From a virus (lineage: Duplodnaviria; Caudoviricetes), in the IMG/VR virus record IMGVR_UViG_3300042870_001240: a stretch of 64,000 nt of DNA; one strand, written 5' to 3'. The notes beneath the pieces are model-generated. The model searched no databases. It had not been told where the DNA came from and was given only the letters and a program-made list of their open reading frames with translations. The translations under genes and the position numbers were made by a program. Below, piece after piece: positions 1 to 8,658 of this stretch (position 1 is the stretch's first letter; each line of letters starts with the position of its first letter).

Positions 1-1
1 T

Positions 2-1312
2 ATCACAGATAGAGAATTTCCAGATAAGGCGTTCGATATTATTGATGAGGTTGGAGCTAGAAGTCAAGTTGAGGTGAAGATGCCCGAAATTATTGAGAAG
101 TTAAAAGAACAGGCTCAGGACATTAAACAAGAAAAACTTAATGTTGTTAAAAAACAAAACTATGAAGAAGCCGCAAGTCTAAGAGATAAGGAAAGACGAA
201 TTTTAGATAAGTTAGATTCAGAAAAGAAAAAATTTGAGTCTGAATTACAAACACAAAAGAAAGAGGTTACTGTCGAATTAGTATACGAAGTTGTTTCAAA
301 TATGACTAAGATTCCACTATCTAAATTAAATGCTAATGAGACTCAATTATTGGCCAAATTAGACGAAAGATTAGGTAGTAAAGTTATTGGTCAATCTGAA
401 GCGGTGTCAAGAATTGCAAAGTCTATTAGAAGAAATAGATTGGGTATTAAAGACCCTAACAAACCAATTGGGTCTTTTATTTTCTTGGGGTCAACAGGTG
501 TTGGTAAAACACATTTGGCAAAACAATTGGCTAAAGAAATGTTTGGTAGTGAGGAGAATTTGATTAGAATGGATATGTCAGAATTCCAAGAAAAACATAC
601 CATATCTCGTTTAATTGGCGCTCCTCCAGGATATGTTGGTTATGATGAAGGAGGACAATTAACCGAACAGGTTAAAAACAAACCTTATTCTGTAATCTTA
701 TTTGATGAGATTGAAAAAGCAAACAAAGACATCTTTTCAACATTGTTACAAGTATTAGACGATGGTCATATTACTGACGGATTAGGTAGAAAAATTAACT
801 TTAAAAATTGTGTCATCATTATGACTTCAAATATTGGAGTTAAAAAACTACAGGATTTTGGGACAGGAGTTGGTTTTAAAACTTCATCAAACACTTACGT
901 TAAGGAAGAACATAAACGAGACATGTTGAAAAAAGAACTTCAAAAATTCTTTGCTCCTGAATTTTTAAACAGAATTGACGAGGTCGTTATTTTTAACACA
1001 TTAAAACGAGATGAAGTTAAACAAATCGTTAAATTAGAAATGGATAAACTTTGTGAAAGATTAGTTAAATTAAAATATAACATAACTTATGATGAATCCG
1101 TATTGGATTTAATTTCAGAAGTTGGTTTTGATGAAACCTATGGTGCAAGACCATTAAAGAGAGCTATCCAAGACAAAGTTGAGGATTTTATTTCTGAAGA
1201 AGTTTTAAAAGGAGTTATTCTTGAGGACGTTAGTTATATTCTATATGTCGATAACACCGATGTTAAACTAAAGATAGTTAAAAAGACTAAAAAGAAAAAA
1301 GGGGAAAATTAA
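2..1312 (+). CDS. clpC: ClpC-type AAA+ unfoldase, C-terminal part (5' end outside window)
   Basis: Frame is open from nt 2 (ITDREFPDKAFDIIDE). UVR-like coiled coil, Walker A GSTGVGKT, Walker B ILFDEIEK, ClpP-docking-like GVGF loop, YGARPLKR. Confidence 0.92.
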   Translation: MTDREFPDKAFDIIDEVGARSQVEVKMPEIIEKLKEQAQDIKQEKLNVVKKQNYEEAASLRDKERRILDKLDSEKKKFESELQTQKKEVTVELVYEVVSNMTKIPLSKLNANETQLLAKLDERLGSKVIGQSEAVSRIAKSIRRNRLGIKDPNKPIGSFIFLGSTGVGKTHLAKQLAKEMFGSEENLIRMDMSEFQEKHTISRLIGAPPGYVGYDEGGQLTEQVKNKPYSVILFDEIEKANKDIFSTLLQVLDDGHITDGLGRKINFKNCVIIMTSNIGVKKLQDFGTGVGFKTSSNTYVKEEHKRDMLKKELQKFFAPEFLNRIDEVVIFNTLKRDEVKQIVKLEMDKLCERLVKLKYNITYDESVLDLISEVGFDETYGARPLKRAIQDKVEDFISEEVLKGVILEDVSYILYVDNTDVKLKIVKKTKKKKGEN

Positions 1313-1327
1313 TTCCCTTTTTTTTTT
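1295..1327. terminator. Bidirectional intrinsic terminator
   Basis: A-tract, GGGGAA/TTCCCT stem and T-tract between convergent genes. Confidence 0.75.
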
Positions 1328-2153
1328 AATCAAATAGTATGTAATTATTTTTTGGTTTAGGAGTAAAGGAATGTTTTGTATACCCCAATTTCTCAATCAT
1401 TTTTTTACCTATTTCGATTCCACTGTAAACATCTTCAATTACAACATATTCGTTTGGTGTGTGATAATTGTAATACCCGATTGCAAAATTAATACATGAA
1501 AAATCAAAAAGTTGTTTTAACGCATATACGTCAGTATAGGGGTGAGATTGGTATTTTTGTCTTTTCTCAAATCCCTCTGTCAACACCTCATCACAAGATG
1601 TAAAAAATTCAGTATCTCTATCAAATAATTGAACCCCCATACAAAATTCTGAAACCATCCAATTACCAGGAGCATCAAATTGAATCGCATATCCCACATT
1701 TGTGAAGAATATTTTATCCGCCTTTCTTGACCCATGACAACCTGTTTCTTCAGATACAAAGAACGCGGCCTTTAAGTTAGGAAGTTCTTTTAATAACTCC
1801 AAACAAGCATAAATTCCACATTTATCGTCACCACCAATACCTGTTGGGTTACCCTTATCATTATACGCCTTTAAGGACGGCTTCAATTCATTCTGAGCGT
1901 TTGGTAATAATCCCTCACGAATATTGATTGTGTCAATATTGTGTACGGTATCGGTGTGAGCAACAACACATGGAAAATATTCAATATTTTCATCGGTTTG
2001 TTTTGTTGCGTAAATGTTAGACATTCCATCAACAAAAAACGGGATATTGTTTTCAGATAACCAATTGGTGATGAACTCAACCATTTGTTCTTCTTGGTAC
2101 GTTTTGGATGGAACGGACAAAACACTCTTTAAAAGTTCGTAGTCTCTTTGCAT
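1326..2153 (-). CDS. M20/M28-family metallopeptidase
   Basis: AHTDTV, GGDDKCG, SEETGC and QFD metal-binding motifs. Confidence 0.8.
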   Translation of the reverse strand: MQRDYELLKSVLSVPSKTYQEEQMVEFITNWLSENNIPFFVDGMSNIYATKQTDENIEYFPCVVAHTDTVHNIDTINIREGLLPNAQNELKPSLKAYNDKGNPTGIGGDDKCGIYACLELLKELPNLKAAFFVSEETGCHGSRKADKIFFTNVGYAIQFDAPGNWMVSEFCMGVQLFDRDTEFFTSCDEVLTEGFEKRQKYQSHPYTDVYALKQLFDFSCINFAIGYYNYHTPNEYVVIEDVYSGIEIGKKMIEKLGYTKHSFTPKPKNNYILFD

Positions 2154-2162
2154 AACACAAAG

Positions 2163-3566
2163 TTAAACCCTTTTTCGGAAATTCAAGATTTTATTTTCAA
2201 ATAATTCAGGATTATGTAGGAAGTCTTGGAATTCCTCAAGAGTATAACTTCTTGGTTCACCCATTGTCCCACCTGATTTGTAATATGTTAAAAATATTTT
2301 ATTAGTTTTTGGGTCTATTTTTTGAATTCTAAAACTTTCGGATGGATTCCCTCTAGTTAATTTATAAGCTCTATTTAAATCGTATTGTGATAAAACTTTA
2401 TCAATTATTTCTCTAAATTTAGTTAGATTTGGATACTTATTACTATCCTCAATTTCTTCTAATATTTTTTCTAACTCATACTTTGCGTTTCTATTAACAG
2501 AATCGATATCTAAATTTCCACTACCATAGTCGTACATAGAGTCCTCATATGGTCCAACCGACATTGTATGACCAATCTTTGATAACATCTCTGTTAAGTC
2601 CACATGTCTTTCTTTCTCAATATTATACATCGCCAATAAGACATTAACAGTTGTTACATATGAGTAAAAACATCCTGACTTAGCAAATAACCCGTAATTT
2701 TGAAATGCGTCACATAATTCATTTGTTACATACTCTTCAGCGGCTTCTTGCATTGCAGAATTTTTTTCATTTGAAAAATCATCAATAATGTTGTCAATTT
2801 GTCGGCTAAAAGTGTCTCTCAATAATTCTGAAGCATCCTTATATGGTTCGTCATCCTTAAGTTCCGCAATTTCAGGTTTAACATAAATTAAAATTTGTTT
2901 AATTAACGCAATGTTTTCTTCATTAAGCTCACTCATTAAATAACCCTCATCCCAATCATGATATCCCGTATCACTTGAGTAAAACATTGAGTCGTAATGG
3001 TATGATGAACTAAATAAAGTTTTTAAAAACCATATATCCCCCTCACCTAAATCAAATAAATTAAAATAATCCTCATTATCGGTAAATTTAAGTGTAACCA
3101 TACTTTTACCAGGGGTGTTCTTGTTAAATTTGAATCCTCCTATTAATCCATCAATATCGGATAACTTATATACATCAATTTCTTCCCCACCACTAATTCT
3201 CTTTAATGCCCCATAAATGTTACTAACACCAATGGCCTCATAAAGTTTATCTCTAATTACAGGAAATTTCTCAAGAATATCAGTAATTGTTAAACTATTG
3301 TTGTCATAACCAATGTATTCAATTACTCCTTTATGTGGTTTGTGAATTAAATACGATAATGTCGGAGTAAGATAATCACCTTCTTTATCGACAATAATAT
3401 AATTATCCCCATCACGATATCTATTATAATATTTAGAAAAAAATGGAGGCCCAAAATATTTTGCGGACTCCAAAGTGTTACATTTTAATAACATAACCTT
3501 ATCATCTTCATAGAAGATTTGACTACCGTCATAAGCTTCGTTTTTGTTTTCCTCTGTCTCTGTCAT
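2163..3566 (-). CDS. Hypothetical acidic protein; start probably ATG 3566; possible paralog of 63016-64000
   Basis: Long ORF; TATTTAT motif just upstream of ATG 3566; loose similarity to the last ORF of the window. Confidence 0.6.
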   Translation of the reverse strand: MTETEENKNEAYDGSQIFYEDDKVMLLKCNTLESAKYFGPPFFSKYYNRYRDGDNYIIVDKEGDYLTPTLSYLIHKPHKGVIEYIGYDNNSLTITDILEKFPVIRDKLYEAIGVSNIYGALKRISGGEEIDVYKLSDIDGLIGGFKFNKNTPGKSMVTLKFTDNEDYFNLFDLGEGDIWFLKTLFSSSYHYDSMFYSSDTGYHDWDEGYLMSELNEENIALIKQILIYVKPEIAELKDDEPYKDASELLRDTFSRQIDNIIDDFSNEKNSAMQEAAEEYVTNELCDAFQNYGLFAKSGCFYSYVTTVNVLLAMYNIEKERHVDLTEMLSKIGHTMSVGPYEDSMYDYGSGNLDIDSVNRNAKYELEKILEEIEDSNKYPNLTKFREIIDKVLSQYDLNRAYKLTRGNPSESFRIQKIDPKTNKIFLTYYKSGGTMGEPRSYTLEEFQDFLHNPELFENKILNFRKRV

Positions 3567-3649
3567 ATTTATATCAAATAAATACTTTGAAAATTTGTTA
3601 TCGTCAGATTTATTCGTATATTTGTAAAACAATAGTTCTTTAACATCAT

Positions 3650-4063
3650 GGGGGTAAATTGGAATTGACTGACATAGTTGGTTGTTCGGGGCATGTCAAG
3701 GCTGAGCTAACCTTGTAAAACTGGTTTAAATCGATATACGGCAACGTTATCAACAAACTTTCTGCAGTAGGATTAATCCGCACTGAAGAAAATGTTTCAG
3801 TAGCCTAAGGCGAAAAAAACAACGGGTAGATAGACTTATACCTAGGAACAGAACAGTCTTCATGGTGTGACATCTACCATAAAAGGTGTAAACTCTAACC
3901 AATCAGAGGATAATCAGATGGCAGAGGATAAGTTCTCAGTAAACCGAACTGTATAATAAGGGAACTGTGGGATTTCGGATTGTTAGATTAAACAATGACC
4001 TAAACATGTAGTCCTTAATAATCGTTATGGACAACTACGAGGGTTCGAGTCCCTCTATCTCCA
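3650..4063 (+). ncRNA. ssrA: tmRNA
   Basis: 5' GGGGGTA pairs with 3' TATCTCC-A including G3:U. 5' GGAATTGAC, T-arm GAGGG-TTCGAGT-CCCTC. Internal tag ORF 3740-3808 (GNVINKLSAVGLIRTEENVSVA*). Promoter TATATTTG at 3617-3624. Confidence 0.93.
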
Positions 4064-4120
4064 CATTTAACATTTTTGTTCTTTTACTATATTTTGAAAT
4101 ATTTATAGTGAAAGAACAAA

Positions 4121-4801
4121 ATGCCAAGAAAAAAACCTAATTTCCACTATATCTATAAAACCATTTGTAATTTTAATCAAAAATACTATATCGGAATGCA
4201 CAGCACATCTAATTTAGAGGATGGGTATATGGGTAGTGGTAAAAGATTAAGATATTCAATAAGAAAGTATGGTAAGGATAACCACACTAAAATTATTATA
4301 GAGTTTTTACCTAACAGAGAATCATTAAAAGAACGTGAAATTGAAATTGTTAATTCGGATTTATTATTAGATGAAAATTGTATAAATCTTAAAACAGGTG
4401 GTTATGGTGGAGGGAAATTTTATTCTGAAGAACATAAATTAAAATGTTCTAAATCCGGTAATGAAATGTTTTTAAAAAAAATGCAAGATGAGGAGTATCG
4501 GAAAGAGTTTTCGAAAAAATTAAGTAATGCTTATAAAAAACAAGTTCTTGAAGGTAAACGAGAAAAAAAATATTTTTACCATTGGAATGGGAAAACTCAC
4601 ACAGATGAATCTAAACAAAAAATGAGTGAAGTGAAGAAAGGGACTGGTATTGGTATTAAAAATTCACAATACGGGACTTGTTGGATAACTAAAAATAACG
4701 AAAATAAAAAAATTAAAAAGACTGACATTAATCTGTATTTAGATGATGGATGGGTTAGAGGTAGAAATACAGGTATAACCAAAAAGATAACTAAAGTATA
4801 A
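4121..4801 (+). CDS. Free-standing GIY-YIG homing endonuclease (Seg-like) with NUMOD3-like DNA-binding motif
   Basis: YIYKT...KYYIGMH...YMGSG...E pattern; HTDESKQKMSEVKKG motif. Confidence 0.85.
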   Translation: MPRKKPNFHYIYKTICNFNQKYYIGMHSTSNLEDGYMGSGKRLRYSIRKYGKDNHTKIIIEFLPNRESLKEREIEIVNSDLLLDENCINLKTGGYGGGKFYSEEHKLKCSKSGNEMFLKKMQDEEYRKEFSKKLSNAYKKQVLEGKREKKYFYHWNGKTHTDESKQKMSEVKKGTGIGIKNSQYGTCWITKNNENKKIKKTDINLYLDDGWVRGRNTGITKKITKV

Positions 4802-4802
4802 T

Positions 4803-4836
4803 AAAAAACCCCACCTGTTTAGGATGGGGTTTTTTT
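4803..4836. terminator. Bidirectional intrinsic terminator
   Basis: AAAAAACCCCA...TGGGGTTTTTTT between convergent genes. Confidence 0.8.
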
Positions 4837-4837
4837 G

Positions 4838-5137
4838 TTAGGATTTAAATCCCTCAATGATTTGTAATAGTTTGTCAGCTCGTTTGTCAGTATGACTTTT
4901 AGATTCTTGATGAAGTTCATCGATACGTCTATAGATGTGGTCAACAGTAACGTCTAACTCACGTTTATTTTCGTCTAAAATTCTTTGGTCGTAATCAACA
5001 TCTCTTTCATAAGATATTCTGAAATCTTCCAAATCTTTTTTTGTTCTAACAACCTTAACTAACCCCCAAACAAGAGCAACAATAAAAATTATTGCAATAA
5101 TCGAAAGGACACCTAAAGTAAAATAAAATGTTTCCAT
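4838..5137 (-). CDS. Membrane-anchored coiled-coil hypothetical protein (start probably ATG 5137)
   Basis: N-terminal hydrophobic helix followed by a charged helical region. Confidence 0.65.
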   Translation of the reverse strand: METFYFTLGVLSIIAIIFIVALVWGLVKVVRTKKDLEDFRISYERDVDYDQRILDENKRELDVTVDHIYRRIDELHQESKSHTDKRADKLLQIIEGFKS

Positions 5138-5206
5138 TATTTTAAGATTTTGTTTTTTATACCTCAAGGGTAATAAAATATAATGGAGAGTGTAGAAAAA
5201 GGAAAT

Positions 5207-5250
5207 AAAAAAAAGGGAGATAATGATGGCTAGTCAAAATCTCCCTTTTA
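5207..5250 (-). terminator. Intrinsic terminator ending the GOLLD-like/tRNA-Met transcript
   Basis: Minus strand AAAAGGGAGAT...ATCTCCCTTTTTTT. Confidence 0.7.
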
Positions 5251-5636
5251 GCCTAAACATTGTCACTCGGTAAGTTCAACCCGAGGTAGTGATTAGTGAA
5301 ACCTCTACCTAACTTCTATCGTGAGTTGTGATTGGTGTACGACCTAAACGTTTGTATGTTTATTACCCTTTATTAATTTTAAGACTTAAAGGGAACGTGG
5401 TTATAACAAAATCCACATCCTATAAAAAAAGTCCTGACAATTTTTACCACTATATCACCTCAGGTTGTCGTGTCAAAGACAGATTGGTACTTATTACTTT
5501 TTATATTTTCTATGAGGTAGAATCGTGAAGTCACAAGATAAAACAAACACGCAAAGACCCAAATCATTATGTTTTCCTTCAGTTTAAACTCGTGGTGGGT
5601 GTTATGATTTAAAAAAACACGTACGGAGTCACTTAG

Positions 5637-5709
5637 TTGCGGGAGAAGGATTCGAACCTCCGACCTAAAGGTTATGAGCCTTTCGAGCTACCAACTGCTC
5701 TATCCCACT
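5637..5709 (-). tRNA. tRNA-Met(CAT), initiator-like; CCA not encoded
   Basis: Full cloverleaf, anticodon loop CTCATAA, 1:72 mismatch (A:A), A11:U24, A73. Confidence 0.92.
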
Positions 5710-5726
5710 ATATTTGGCTATAAATA

Positions 5727-6590
5727 AGGCTGAGATTACACCTGTTTATGAGAAACTTTAGTAGGATTATTGATTCCCCACATATCCACTTCCTTTTGAG
5801 AAGTATTCCTCAGTGACGATTGGTTAGACCAATCACTTCTTGAGATATCAGTTACTCTCTTATTACTTAACTCTCTTCAAAGATGCCTCTCCGACTCTTC
5901 CTTATGGGAATAGAGGTTTTTGGTAAGAATACAGTCAGACTTGCGGTCTTCATGTGCAATGAACGGCTCATTACTATGTAGTCACCTTTCACTGATACCT
6001 AACGGACACTTTTGCTTATTTTTAGTTAATTTTACTTAATTTAGTATAAGTTACGTGTTGTGGATGAATCAAAGTAGCGGTCCGTTGAAGGATTCGTTCT
6101 CTTTTGGAAAACGAAATACCAAACTACTCCGTGAGATGTCCCCATCTCCATATTTTAAGATTACTTCGTACCAAGACTTTGGTAAGTCTTTGATAAGGAC
6201 AGTAGCGACACCACTCGTTCTCTATCTTACCTTTCGGTTTTAAGTCCCCTCTTATATTGGTAACCGCAATCATGTAGTTGGAGACCACATTTTTTGCTTG
6301 ATACCTATGGGTTATTCTTATTGGAGTTCCCTCCTCAGACTGACAATCCACATTGCCGTTCCACCCAACCACTTTCCCTAAAGCGTTGCCCTCAGTACTA
6401 AAGGTCGGATGATATCCCACTTGTGTACTCGACCTCGGTTTCCCAAGACGCGAACCTACTAACACTTGAAGATTCACTTTATCCCACTTTCGTGGTTTAT
6501 TTAACGACCATACACGGCCGATTATCTTTTTTCAGTTATCTCAGAATCAACCCGAAGGTCTCATCATAAACATCCTGATGGATAATACAA
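5727..6590 (-). ncRNA. Large ornate structured RNA, probably GOLLD class
   Basis: About 860 nt with no credible ORF. Many GC stems capped by GNRA/UUCG loops (accUUCGggt, ccacGAAAgtgg, accGAAAggt, gaccGCAAgtc). 3' end GGUGUAAUCUCAGCC abuts a tRNA, as recalled for GOLLD. Class assignment is from memory, not a covariance search. Confidence 0.7.
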
Positions 6591-6594
6591 TAAT

Positions 6595-7075
6595 TCAAAG
6601 AACATATCGGACGTTTCCGATTTTGTTTTACAAAGATAGTAAACTTTTTTGATTTACCAAATCTTTTTTTGTTTTTTTTTGAGATTAGGAAACCACGATT
6701 TTACAACTAACTGTCAACCCATTCTCATTTTGTTTTACAAAGATAAGACATTTTTTTCAATCTGTCAAATCTTTTTATGGTTATTATAACTGATGCGGTA
6801 ACATATTTCATTTACACTTTAAATGCGAAGGAGTCCCGTAGTCACTTTCCTCACATACAACAGTAGCCCTACGGACCTAGACTGTTTCTATAACCAATTT
6901 CTTCAAAGAACTAAATCAGACGTTCCCGATTTGTTTTACAAAGATAGTAAACTTTTTTGATTTACCAAATTTTTTTTTGTTTTTTTTTAAAAGAACTTTT
7001 TTAAATAAAAAAGGTATTGTATAAATATCACCACTTCTTTCAAATGTTTTACAAAGGTAATAAAAAAATTTTATC
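6595..7075 (-). promoter_or_regulatory. Four tandem Bacteroidota sigma-A type promoters, two followed by boxA-like sites
   Basis: TATCTTTG at 6631-38, 6738-45 and 6939-46; TACCTTTG at 7052-59; each followed by TAAAACA. GTTCTTTGA at ~6595-6603 and ~6903-6911. Blocks ~6620-6680 and ~6930-6985 are near-identical. Confidence 0.75.
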
Positions 7076-7194
7076 TGACAAGACCTGTAGGTTATTTTTT
7101 TATAAAAAATAAATTTAAAAAGAAAAAGTGACGAATAAGTCGACTTATCGTAAATAAACACGTATTTATTTATACAAATAAAAACAACAAATTT

Positions 7195-7347
7195 ATGAAA
7201 AAAGTAATTTTCGCAATAGTAATTGCAGGTAGCGTAATGTTATCATCATGCGGTGGTTCAACCACAAAATGTGAAGTCTCATCGACTGATACAACAACAG
7301 TTGATTCTGTGGTAACTCAAACAGTCGACACCGTTAAAACAAAGTAA
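7195..7347 (+). CDS. Small lipoprotein, 50 aa (not in ORF track)
   Basis: MKKVIFAIVIAGSVMLSSC lipobox followed by a Thr-rich tail GGSTTKCEVSSTDTTTVDSVVTQTVDTVKTK. Confidence 0.8.
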   Translation: MKKVIFAIVIAGSVMLSSCGGSTTKCEVSSTDTTTVDSVVTQTVDTVKTK

Positions 7348-7356
7348 TTAGTTTAG

Positions 7357-7384
7357 TCCCCTTAGAAATAAGGGGATTTTTTTT
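7357..7384. terminator. Intrinsic terminator
   Basis: TCCCCTTA-GAAA-TAAGGGGA plus T-tract. Confidence 0.75.
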
Positions 7385-7952
7385 AATGGTTAATTAATTT
7401 TTTTATTTTATTAATTTCCTCTTTAATAAGTGGGTTACCATTTATAATATTTTCCTTAAAAAACGCATTACCAACAACACCAAATGGTAACGCAATTAAA
7501 TCAATGAATGGATTTCGGGTTTTACCTGTTCTATAAGTGGATGTAGATTTAGTTTCCTTTTCCTTTTTATTCTCAACGTCTTTTTCTCCACCGTTAGATG
7601 TTACAATATTTCCTGATAAAAATTTATTGGCATCAATCTTATCATTATTCTTATCCGTCACCGCATACTCAATTGGAGAATCTCCAACAGTCCCAATAAT
7701 ACTCCCTTGTTTAACTTTATCCCCAACAAATGACATTATTCGATTAACCTTACAAAAATTAGAGAAATAAGTATTACCATTAATATTATGAGCAATTTTA
7801 ATATTACCGTCACATTTAAATTTATCTGAAGATACAACAACACCTTCTGATGGGTTACGTATTACGTCAGAATTATATGAAGAGAACTCAATTGTTTTTG
7901 AAAACATCGGAGAACTTATTCTGGCATTTGGTAATGGATTTAAAATCTTCAT
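7383..7952 (-). CDS. M23 (LytM)-like domain protein, probably catalytically degenerate
   Basis: GVVV...IKIAH...VGDKVKQGSIIGTVG pattern, but the HxxxD and HxH zinc motifs are absent. Confidence 0.6.
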   Translation of the reverse strand: MKILNPLPNARISSPMFSKTIEFSSYNSDVIRNPSEGVVVSSDKFKCDGNIKIAHNINGNTYFSNFCKVNRIMSFVGDKVKQGSIIGTVGDSPIEYAVTDKNNDKIDANKFLSGNIVTSNGGEKDVENKKEKETKSTSTYRTGKTRNPFIDLIALPFGVVGNAFFKENIINGNPLIKEEINKIKKLINH

Positions 7953-8635
7953 AAGTCTATCATTTTTTTAATACGAGCAATTTCCTCATTTAATGGATTT
8001 GTTTTGTCGTTAGTCGATTCTGCCGTAATGGCGTTCCATAGTTTATCACCTGTGGCTTTTAATGACTTACCATCTAGACCTAAGACACCATAAATTGAAC
8101 TCCCATAATTGGTTTTACTTATTGTCGTTGTTGTAGTTACGGAAGAATCAGTTTTTGTATCAGTTTTTGGGGCTTCAGGTGCCTCGACAGCTTTATCTAT
8201 TGAAATTTGTTTACCCTTATAGTTAGCATTAATCCATCTAATAAACTCTCTAAGTGTTGATTGGTTTCCCGAAAAATCTACTCCAGCACCAACTTTTGGT
8301 TGTCCTTGGAATTCTTTATAATGAAAACTATTTTTGGCGTGTTTTCCAATTTTACCATCCGAATCATTTTTAGCGTATGGATTTTCAGTACTTGAAAGTC
8401 CCATTCCTTGTGCCTTTTCAATTAATTTCATCATTACATCTCGATTTGTTGTTCCGATATGTAAATGGTCATCATGGTTAGTCCAAGTTATTCTATCTTT
8501 TATTTTTCCACCATCAGAACCTTTATCAAACTCATCAGCGGGATTTCCTGTTACAGGATTATAAACCAATTCATCGATTCCTGCCAAATCCGATTCGGTA
8601 ACGATTAAAATATCTTCTAGTTTTGTTTTTCTCAT
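7949..8635 (-). CDS. M15/LAS-like zinc peptidase domain with permuted motif order
   Basis: HDDHLH precedes HAKNSFH...GAGVDF. Confidence 0.5.
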   Translation of the reverse strand: MRKTKLEDILIVTESDLAGIDELVYNPVTGNPADEFDKGSDGGKIKDRITWTNHDDHLHIGTTNRDVMMKLIEKAQGMGLSSTENPYAKNDSDGKIGKHAKNSFHYKEFQGQPKVGAGVDFSGNQSTLREFIRWINANYKGKQISIDKAVEAPEAPKTDTKTDSSVTTTTTISKTNYGSSIYGVLGLDGKSLKATGDKLWNAITAESTNDKTNPLNEEIARIKKMIDL

Positions 8636-8658
8636 AGTTATAAATAGTCTAAATACTA

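Noticed and set aside
5328-6477. ORFs 5328-5528, 6055-6243 and 6124-6477 as proteins
   Set aside because: They overlap structured RNA regions, lack the start context seen in real genes here, and have atypical composition.
6778-6896. RNase P RNA, suggested by GAGGAAAGT
   Set aside because: Too short, and no complementary P4 3' strand or other conserved regions were found.
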